Below, one piece after another: positions 49,501 to 61,500 of a stretch of 64,000 bases of DNA; position 1 is the first letter of the stretch, and every line of letters starts with the position of its first letter. Position numbers and translations under genes: made by a program. The notes beneath the pieces were generated by a model. The model was not told the origin of the DNA. It saw only the letters and a list, made by a program, of their open reading frames with translations, and searched no databases. The DNA is from Botryllus schlosseri (taxonomy: Eukaryota). The DNA lies in the NCBI GenBank assembly GCA_051294905.1, contig CM119384.1, positions 11,718,001-11,782,000 on the forward strand, read 5' to 3'.

Positions 49501-52500
49501 CCGATTCCACTTAAACCGGTTGGCGTCGACCTTGTTTACTTAATCTTACCGTCAATGTCGTCGAAATCCAGATTTCGCGTCATTTATGACATTTTGTTTG
49601 CTGTCCGTGTACAACAATCGCCTAGCTCTCAAAGCTATAAAACAGGACCAAAACGGAGGACATTTGGACGTCATCAAAGAACATTTTCGACTTCTTGAAA
49701 AAGGAGGACAACCCGTATGATAACCCTAGAAATGTTCAGCATCCAACCAAAGATTTTAAATGACGCAGTGCGTGCAAGCCGTGCATAATGTAGTCGACTT
49801 CTCTGTCGCGAACTGAAGTTCCTGACTGAATCCCCGTGGATGAGGAATATCGGTGTGTCATTCCCTTCGCTTAAGCCAACATCTTGCGTAAGATAATCTT
49901 TTAACATTTTGTTGAACCGCGAATCAACAATATACGATGAATTGTAGCCTCCATGTCATCGTACTTACTGTGATACATGAGTATTTGAGTAATATCAATG
50001 TACCAATGTTGGATTTTAGTAACGAATATCATTGATATGACCTAAAATGATGATATAAGCCCATGTACATTAATATCAATTAGCAGTTCATTCATAGTAT
50101 CACCTTTTGATCTCTTGGTTATGGTGGATGAGCCGGCCCTGCAGCACACCTATTGTTTGGCCGTAACACGCATGCACCATTTAACGCTATTTCACTTTAT
50201 GCAGATCGCGTGGAGTGTGTGGGAGGCCTACTCTCATATATATACGCCTACTAAATTATACATAAACATATGTTTATCTCAAGCACTACTTTTACAGGAT
50301 ATATGTCTGTGATAACGGAACGAAGAAAGTTGAAACAGATTTGTTGCTTCTTTAAAAATAAAATATAAATTGAGCTAACTACGATTTCTGCCCAGTAGAT
50401 ACACTATCACGCGCACTAAAGACTGCTCAATGGCTATATTGTAGTAGAAGTGTAGGAGTGACGTAAATGTAATATCCCGCGAGTTGGATTGCACTTCAAG
50501 TAAAATATCTATTAGCTGCACAATATGAATTTACAATAAAGATACCTTGAAACAGTGTCACTGATATTTCTCGAAAAGTAATGAAGCAAATTGGGGAGTG
50601 TTAAAATTCTACTTATCGCGGTACGGGCACTTCGTGGATTCGTTAGTTGGGATTTTAAACTTCCCATTAAATCAATTCTATACGATCTTTCGTTTCAGAC
50701 CAATGAGAAGTGACCAGCATTATTTCATTCAAGTCGTGGTGGACGGATTCGAGGTTCCGTTCAACGAAAATTGCAACAGGAATGGAAGGAGCTGGTATTG
50801 CCGTTTCATAGTGAGTGTAATTCTGAACTGCAGTCTCCGCAGATACTGTTGCCTATTCTCTGTAATAACCAGAGCTCGTCTGTAACGAAAAACTTCAGGT
50901 TTTTCGGAGTTCTCAAGTGATTTTTCTCTACCTGTAGCAGTTGCTCAGGTAACTTTAATTCTCCACCTCATTCACTTCTATTTCACCATATTTTGTCGAT
51001 TTTACTTGACGATATTTACAATTTGTCAAGTAGAAGTATTATATTCTTCCAATAACAGATGGGAGGTGTTTTAACGGAGAGTATCAATAAATCAATAATC
51101 GTCAGGTTATATTTTCTCATTAAGCTTTCCATGTGATCGCCCTCACGTTCATATGTAGCCTAGTTCGATCAGTGATAGGTGCATTAGATATAATATTGGA
51201 ATGATATACTTGACAAGTGCTGAATACAGTAGTTAATACAGTAGTTCACTTCTAGTTAAACCAGGTTAAGTATGTGATGATTTCACTACCAAAAGAACTC
51301 CGTTTCTGATTGGGTGACATTAAACATTTTCTGCTTTTTTCTATGTCGTACTATTCATAGTATAATTACTTTTTTCCGTCTGAGTTGTTATATTTGCATT
51401 ACATCAATTTTGCATTGGAAAGCTAAGGGCAGTATTGCCTTTATTTTGTGGAAATTGATTCAATGTCAATATGGCTTTACGATCTACAGTACCAGCAAAG
51501 TAATAATGAACTATTCAGTTATCTGTACCGCTCATTGTCTTACTATGTTTAAGAATGCGATATGCGGTACCTTGATCTTTTCAGAAAATGGGCGCTGAGG
51601 TAAAAAGGACAAGAACCACTTCTCTATTGCAATACTATCCTTTGTATTACATTACACGGTTGAATTCTTATGCTAATGAAACTTTACACATCCTGGGGTG
51701 TAGCAACACGTACCCAGCTCTCAGTACTGTCCGCATATGGTTGTGAGAAGCCACAAAAGCTTACGCTTTTTCGAACCTACTTACATATTTGAGTAATTCT
51801 AAAAAGTCAACAAATTTTGCTTCTACTTGAAGTAGTTTAGGTGACTTCAATCCTTCTACTCATACTTCAGCAGCGGAATTGTACGGTTTACCATAGCTTA
51901 TTCGCTCTAATCACTAATACCCCATTACACCAGCATATTATCAGTGCCAATTTCAATTCTGATATTGTGTTCGTGATCTTGCATTTTAGCCGCGTTGGTA
52001 TAGAACACCGTACATTAGGACAGGGTACGTTGAGCAGGATGGGGTACAATATCCCATGCAAACATCTTTTGCTCCTGGAGGTCTGATCACAGTCACTGGA
52101 AGAATTTTCACTCAAATATTTGGTAGCAATAACCAAACAAATGAAAATGGAAGGACTGTTTCTATTAGAAGGTTTGTGCAGCAATTCATATTCAAGTTAA
52201 TTTATATTAATGTACTGGTACTTGGAAAGTGGTATTGGATTTTGAAATCTAACCAATCGTCAGCTTGAGGCTGGGATAGGGAATTATTGCTGGAATTACA
52301 ATGCATATAAGGGGTTGTTGTGTGCTAGCTTAGTGATCTTTACTATACCTTACTTGAAACATATTCAGTATTGCAACTTTTGAAAGTTAAAATTATTTAT
52401 ATCCCTTGCAATCTTTCGAATTTGTGGAATATTCAACAGCAGCACAGCAAATTACATTGGTGTGATGTTTATTGGCTTTATATTACTAAAAAGTGAAATA

Positions 52501-55500
52501 TGTGGCTATAAGAAAACCTAATATGCATATTTATCCATTCCATCTATATCACAGAGCTTACATTGGAGGACAGACCTGTGACTTGCTCGCAGAACCGGAT
52601 GTATTCCATAGATTAGAATTGACAAGTGGAGATGAGGGTGTGATAACGTGCAAACCGAAATCAACATTTATCGGTAATATGTTGTTTATATTAAATGTTG
52701 TCACACTTAACCTCTTGTATTTAGGCCCGCAAAATTTTAGTCTGATTCTGACCGATGACTACGGCAGAGCACAAATTGATAACAGCTTGATGAAAGTCAA
52801 CGGTAAAAATAAGGTGTACAACTTCCAGACTTATGCAGGTATGATGTTTGATTCGCGAGTTCTTCTGAACTTTCCTGGGTGTGAACTGTGTATGTTATTT
52901 GAGTCAAGCAGGTGTGCTGGCTGTATGAATCACATTGACATTTTATTGATATAATAAGGAGCTCTCTTACTATGGCAGTGTGATAAATCCCTGGTGACTC
53001 GGTTTCATGTGCAATGTTTTCAGATTCGTTTCATCTTGATGTATTGTCTAACTTGCTTAGTATTCAGAATATAATGTACAGGTGGTTATTTATATCTATG
53101 TGTATATTATTTATATACATTACGGCAATGCTTGATTGGAAACTTTTGTCAGAAAATATATTTTGCATATGCATCAATAATAAATGCTTGCAGTAATCTG
53201 TTCTGAAGGGTGTGGACACATGGCACAGTTGTCCAAAAACAGCACATGCAAATATTCTAATTATCGGATTGTTTATCAATGATATCATATCAATTACAAG
53301 TTTCCGTAGATATCAAATGCTTTGAAAACCACTCAAATAAACTCTTTTAAATATAGTTTGGGAAGATGCATCCCTTTGCAAAAGTCAGAAGAACTGACAA
53401 CATCAAAGATATTTGTTCAGACTTAACTTTCAACGCACTACATTTTGTAAAAAGTTACTATTTCCAAGCAATCGTTTATTATTGTGACACAAGAACTATA
53501 TTAGCCCACATTTTTTAAACAATGCAAATCTATTAATGTAGAATTTTCCACTTGACTAAATTTGATTACTAGTCTTGAAGAATAACCACTGATATTTTGT
53601 TTCGGATTGTGTTCAACTACTTGAGGGACATACCGAAGGCTCCATAGTCTTTCGCCAATAACTGGCCTCTACTAATAGTGATTGGTGATAACGGTGAATT
53701 TGTGTTTTGCTTCAATAGGTTGACGGCAGAAAATTCATTCAAAAATTTTATGGAAATTGAGAATCATAAAAAATTCCTTACCCAAGTCCAAATCCATGAA
53801 TTGCAATCACACTTTCATAGTTTTATCCAAATTCACTAATGCAAAACACAGACGGTTACACCTGCGACTTAATCGCCTCTTATCTTCCTCTTATTCAAGC
53901 TCCAGTTTTGATTCAGAGATCCTGAGTGTGACACCAGATATGGGCAGTTTGGAAGGTGGTACCAGGGTTGTGATAGAAGGACGATTTCTTGACGATACAA
54001 CGGAACCGGTTCAAATCATGATTGGCCGGATACCGTGTGATGTCATTCCAGGAACATTGACAACAACAAAAGTGGAATGCTTTGCTGGAAATCCGCCTAG
54101 TAGCTCTGATTATTTCCCAGGTTCATTGAATAAGACAATTTTGTATTAATAATTTTTGTGCTTCTGGGCTTCAGATAAGCTCGGAATGATATTTCTTAGC
54201 CTCCTATGATGTGACGATATTCTTTTAGAGAAATGGTATTATCTAGGTCAAAGTTATTCTTTATCAATGCGCTCTTATACGAACATTTCACATGAATTCC
54301 AGTGATAGTTTCTTGAATATTTACGTCTCAATGCAATGTTATGACTATTCTGTTGCCACGTTTCTGTAAAGATGCATTTGCATTTAGAAATGACTCACTA
54401 ATATAGAAAGGTAGGTAGGCTAACGATTATTTCAAACGTAAGGGGATCATAATTGATCTAGCTGAAGGCACTAAAATTTATCCAAGATCAGAAAGCAGGG
54501 AATTGGCTTCTGTTAGCTTAAAATTGATGGAATCACTAAACATTGCATATTCTGCAGACAAAGGTCACGGAGGAAATGTGTCATGCAAGTGTCTATTTTC
54601 CAATTAAAACTTTTAATAGATGAATCATTGCTGATGTATTTGAAAAGCTCAATATTGCAGTCAATCTGTCAAAATAACTATTGATCAATGATCCATGTAT
54701 ATTTTAATTCACACACCATTGCTTTCATGAGCATGATAAATTCAAATTTTATAAATCTTCTTCTAATAGGAGAACAGAGGGCATTGACAAAATACTAACA
54801 TCCACATGGTCATGAAATGAAGAAATGACTAAAATGTGTAATTCTATTGTTTTTACAGGATCCAGAGGGGTAAATATGGAATTATGGGATGAAAGAGCAT
54901 CAAACTCGGATGAAGTATTGGATTTTGAGTCATCCCGTGCATCTTACAATGGTTCGACCACAGTCGACTCTACGAAATGGCGATGGAATGATGAGCTAGA
55001 TGATATTTCTGCGAAATCCACTGGTACACTTTCTAATTACTTATAAAATTTGGTTTATTTTACCGATAGACCCCCGGTATGAGGGTCATACCATGGTGTG
55101 ACAATCCTTCGCACCCCTGTTCCGGCATTGACGACGGGTATTCCTATCAATCAAGCAACCGAGTTGACTTCAAAGTAGCAATAAAAATACATTCAAATCC
55201 ACACAATATTAGTCAGGCCTCAAGATTACCGGACCACAATAGGGCATAGCGACCTCGCCTATACTGACACCTTTCGCATTCATATTCGCCGCTTCCTTTT
55301 ATGTTATCCTTTCTTAAATGCTAATATCGTGAATTGATCGGAACTATATCTATCTTCAGGAGTATTCGTAGTCCCAGAAGACGACAACTACATGTTTATG
55401 GTAGCCGGAGACGATCTGGTATCACTCTTCGTGAATTGTGAAGGAAGTAATCAGAATTTGGTATGTCATATCATGTCATAATTGTGGTGTAGAGTGTGAT

Positions 55501-58500
55501 AAGTTGAATTTCCGAATTTCAGACAAAAGTAGCGTACACAAACTGGGCAGTATCGTCATACTACTATAACTATCAGAAGTCTGATTGGATTCCACTTCTT
55601 AAAGGTGATTTTATTGCTATTTGAATACTATAACAGATGTACGAAAGGAATTTGAACATACTTTGGAAAATTGGTGGGTTGTGAATCTTTTTGTCTTCTT
55701 TCCCTTTCTCCATCATTTTCATTCAATATTTCTGTTACCTATACGTTGATCATATTATAAAAGTGAGTTAATTTCCATAAATATAATATCTCTTAGAAAA
55801 ACAATTCATGTGTTAATTTTACTTTTATTATTGTGTATTTATTTGAAATATAATCATCTGAACGTGCCAGATTAACTATCTTTTATGACATGTTGACAAC
55901 GAATTGTTTCTATATAGGACAAGAATGTTATTTCGAGGCACCAATGGTTGAACACAGCTCTACAGGATACATATATATAGCTGTTCAAAGGGAAACAACA
56001 ACTTTTACTTCCGCTCAATCAGTTGATGCAAAAAATGAAATTCAATATATTGATTTTCAAGCCAAGTACGAGTACGAAACTCAGGTAACTGTCCGTATTT
56101 GATACTTTTATTTGTAGAATTCCGTAGTTAACAAATTTTTTTTTCAAGTGATGACTTCATGACGTAATGCAACCAGTGTAAAAATCCTAAATATATGTTT
56201 ATCAATAAATTCTATGGTGCGTTCACTCCATAATTAAAGGATCCCAGTACTAAAGGCTGGGAGCAATCTTAAAGTGCAATTTTTTATCAGTTCCTTAATT
56301 CACTGTATGACAATTAGGTCAACCGCATAAATTATTGCATATTCTTATTTGTCACTCCAATTATAATCTAATCAATTCATGATTGATATGATCGGATATT
56401 TTTATACTAGTTGGTGATATACAATGTTTTTCTTACTGACGATCACCGCTGATGATTGTCAGCCGAAACTGTTCGGGTTCATTTCTTCAATATGAAGATA
56501 TTATTTAATTGTTTATTGAAGTTCTGTACCTTCAAGAAGTTCTTCAAATATTTATATAATCAAGAATAAATAAATAGAGCTGGATGACTTGCAAGGATAT
56601 TCTAGAATGGAAATGCAACACATGCTGTTGTCCAGGAATTCTAATATTTCTATATTGTTTTCTTGCCTTTGTGATGAAATATAATTGTGTCAATAGTATA
56701 GTTTAACATAGGAAATTATTTTCATTTTATCTTATGGCCATTGTAAAGTCATCAAAATCAGACAATTCTAATAGTATGAACATTGCATCACTGAATAGAT
56801 GTCTATTCTATGTATTATTTTCCAGTTAAATCATCAGTTCATGGCATATTATCATGTTTCCTAAGAATGTTACTTCAAATTCCCATTCATGTGCAGGTAC
56901 TAAATTTTACCGGTTGGTCAAGTCAAGCCGGTGCGATCGAAGTTCAAGAGGTTGTGGTACAGCATACCTGCATAGACACAGGGTCTTGTGAAATGATTGG
57001 GTTTCGTCTTGGCTATGAAGGGGTCATGACCACCTTCATCAAGGCTGATGTAAGTTCAATCATTATCTTTTGTTGTAACCTATTATCAAATCTCAAGTTA
57101 CTGTGATTATTGGTGTTCAATGTTTTCTATGTTCAATATACACTTTCCTCGTGTCAACCTCAATATTCCTAAAATGTGGCGTCTTATCCATATTAACTGT
57201 AATATTGTAATGATTGTTTTTTTGTCTTATCCATTGAAATCCAACTGCAATTTGATAGAAAACATCCCATGTTTTAATAGATGCTATATCTTATACTCAA
57301 GTTTGTCAATGTTTATTTTTGTACATGCCAGTAGATTAAACCAGTTCAATGCCATACCTAGGCATCACAATCTTCAGTGAAGAATGCTTTGGAAGATATT
57401 TCCGAGTTGAAAGATGAGAATATTGCAGTAAGTGCAACACGGTCGTCCGGGAGCATGACATACACAGTAGAGTTCAGAATGAAGCGAGGTATGTAATACT
57501 TGTCGGATTTCGTTCATCATCAGTAAAAATAAAATGCAGATTTTCATTACTAAAGTATGAATTATAAGTACTATAAGTCGTTTACTGGTTTAAGTAAAAA
57601 TTGTTGTTCTGAGTTATATGAGTTCATGAATCATTGCAAGAGAATTCGTCATTAAATTCTCATAAATTGAATAGTTGACTTTGGAAATATTATAAGTAGT
57701 GTTTCTTGCAGCAGGCATAACACTGTTCAGTGTTCAACTGTGATTGTGTATACGATATCTGAAAAAGTGTGACCTTATATTTGCAGGTGACTATTCTCCT
57801 TTAACATATGTGAAGTATCCGGCCAGCGTTCAAGGTTTGACTATTTCAATACGAGAAGTTACAAAAGGTGTGTCCGAACAGAAAACGTTCAAACTAAGAC
57901 TGGGCGGAAGGTAATATTCTGGTTTCATAAATACTTTGGTATATGACACACTATTTTCATGGAGAAGTCAATTCTCTGCAAGAGATGTGTTTCATGCACC
58001 GCTACTGCAACTTACATACGCTTTGAATTTCAGTAACACCACCTCAAAGTTTTGTCTGATACATATCACTATTTTCCAAATCAGTCTTGGTAGCAGGATT
58101 GACAGCTATAAGAATTTACAGAAATGCTTCAAGTTTTTCTAACAGCTATAGCTTAGCTGGGATGACGATGAAGCTTATTATACTGACAGGGCTACCCCTC
58201 CGATTTCCCAAAATTTTGATGCGACCGAGTTACAAAGTGCCCTGGACGAAACAAGATCCGCATATTGTCCTGATTACCTGCTACCTGATCGCCGAAAAAG
58301 TACAGTTGTTACCACAGTGGACTATGAAACCATCCACGGATGGAGATATGGCGAGCAAAATAAGGTAAAATAATAGTTGAAAAGTATTTATCTTTGAGTA
58401 AATAGCATATGAATAGTAGAAAGTTGAATAGCATATCTGTACCTAACCTGTAGTAAAATTATCTATACGTTATAGGAAGGCCCGTGATTGCATAGTATGG

Positions 58501-61500
58501 AATCTCATTTTTCCATGTGATGGTTGTTTCTTAACCTGTACTGTAATCACAAGTGTCATTAGCATCTGCAACAGTGCGATTGAACATTTTCGTTCAACTT
58601 GATAATTTATAATAAAGAATGTGACCCTCATTAAAAGATTTCACTGTCATAGCAAGGAGTCGAAGACCTGAGATTGGAACAATTGCAGAAAATCTGTGGT
58701 AGAATTCATCATATGATATATGAGCTATTCATTCATATTGCTTCATTATACACTGGTTCTTGCTATGTGCTAGGAATGAACCATGCCTACTCAGGCACAT
58801 AGGAATGTGTTAAATAGAGGTTTTCCTATACTTGCCAACTAGGTTCAAAGTTGGGCAGGCATTACTCCTCGAACTTTTAATAGTGAATTATCGTATAATT
58901 TTTGTATTACTGATTGATAGCAGTTATTTTGAAAATTTAGCAACCTATGACATCATTTTTATTGTTTGAATTCAGGCAATCGAACCTTTCTGCGGCAGAA
59001 CATCTATGAAAAACTGTGATTATATTTATTATGCGGGCAGAACTGCTGATAACGAGTTTGTACGTCACTCTGCATTCGATGCAACTGTGAATAAGTGGGT
59101 GGGTTGTTGTTCTGTATCTTTTCGAGCAAACAAAGTGATGCCTACATTTGTTTTGAATACTCCTCATCTGTCATATTCCAGCTTTGCTTAGCACATCGCG
59201 GATTGTGGTACCAAGACTTACATTTGAGTGGAACTTTCAAAACTGAATCGCGCACTTTTTCTGGGAATCACGCCTTTAGTAATCCTATTCAAACTCACGC
59301 AACAGAATGGAGGTATTCCTGCATTGATTTGATGGAGGTAAGTTGATGCCATCGTGTATATGAAGCACCTATGTCCATTTTTGTTTTGTAAATCTGATTT
59401 AGAGTAGTCTACTAGCATAATGGTGAAGCGTCCGGCTACTTGATCGGTAGGTCGTTGGTTCGATTCCTGGCTGGTCAGACCAAAGACCTGATTAGTAACA
59501 CTGGTATTCATGGCTTTCCCGCTTGGCGCTCATGCATTGCTGGGATAGCATGGAGGAGTGGTGCTAGACTTAGAAACCCATACAAAGCTGCACCTTCCTT
59601 GTCCAGCGGCATATGCACATCATGCACTCATGGTATGCATATGTACAGATCGTATGTATGTATATCATGAGTCGGTGTATATGCCGCAAAACCATCAAGA
59701 ACAAAAATGCACTACGTCCTTTCCTTCCTTTTTATCATTCCATCTCTGTATGACACCGTATTCTCTCACAATTTAGCAGAATTGAAAATTAACATCTTGC
59801 CGTATAATTTGATTTCTATATCAAAGTCATCCTGATTGCAAACACTGTGCAAGCGAAATCCAATAACAAATACATTGCAAGGTTCAAATGTAGTAGAACC
59901 AGTTGTGGGAACGCAAAGGCTCCATTCCAACAGTTCACAGTTATGTCCCGGTACATGTTAATTGCGTCGGAGGATTCTTGTAGTACAATATGATGTGGTA
60001 TTTCCAATTGATTGAAGGTCCTAGTCATGATAGCAATGAGTCCAATATGAATGATGACTGAATGGAAAATATTCAGTAATTTCCGTCTGGACAGCCGAGT
60101 AATTTAACGAAAGATGTTTCCGCCATGACACAAGGGCCAGTGTTCTATTACTTTTTGTAGGTGATACATGCAAGGTCTGACTTTGCCGACGTTTATGAAG
60201 TCACATTGTCTGTAATAAGGTTAATAAGAAAAAGTAAATATGACAATTTCTACATCGACGCACTCACCATCGGCAGCAGCAAAGTAACTGATGACATTGA
60301 AGGTGACTATTTTGTTATAATATTACCAGATACACCTGCATTATCTTTCTTTTCCTTTCAAAAGGAGTTGTTGGGTTACATACCCCACCTGCTCTCGCAA
60401 ACGGAAAGCCGATTGAGGAATTTATCATTACAAAAGCAGTCGATGCAGAGGTGTACACGATCAAAATTGACCCTTACGATTGTGGTGATCAACTTCCACT
60501 TATCACGGTAACTTACATCAGTGCCATTACCGATTCCAGGAATATATAAATTATTCACTTGACCTGCTTGTATATTTCATCTTGCCAGATGCCTGCTGCT
60601 TTTGGCGTCACAGGGGAAAGAACTGTGGCAGGGGTGAAGCCAATGTCGGGCTATTTTGACTTGACTGTGAATCTGAAGGATGGATCTTATAACATGACAG
60701 GTATTTATATTTGTAGCCATTGAGCGGAACGAACATATCTACTTATGTAAAAATGTGTAAATTTTCAGAATAGAATGTGTTCACAGAGTTTATCTCGGAA
60801 ATTCACCATTTATAGTAATAAGTTCCGCTTTCTCTGGATTATATTTTGCGCGACTCAATTCAAATGCAATTCAACTGCATAAGAAATTCCACATTAGATA
60901 TGTATGAGAATGTAATGTATATGGATAGGAGTGCTCATTAAATTTTTTTGTACTAATAGCAACATAATCCCATTTTCATTTTTGCCGCACCGAAATGAAA
61001 AGACCAAGTAGAACTACTTCGTGATCATCTCGATCGCATTTCGTAAGAAACACATTTACTGACTGTTGCAGATATTCCCGTTGACATAAGCACTGAAGAA
61101 TTCGAAGAGAGATTGGAATCTGAAGTTCCTGGGTTTGGAGAAGCCAAAGTGTGGAGACAAGGCGGTTGTCATGCCAGAGACTACAGGATAGAATGGTATT
61201 CAAATGGTGGAAACAAGCCCCAGATGGAGGTAACCACTATATAAAATGAATTAACAACATAGCGTCTAGCTGTGTTTGTAATAACAAGATGTAACAGAGA
61301 GATGTTGTTAATGTAGTTGCCTCAACTCCATATTGGCATGTTTGATGTGTATCCCCTATTGTGAATTCAAATTTACGAACCAAGTCTTCTATAATGTGAG
61401 TAATTATGATTCTTGGTTGGCTTCCGAGTGGGATAAGCTGCTATATCCACGTTCATCGACCATTTTTTTCAATAGAACGAGTTGCTTTATGTATATTGAT

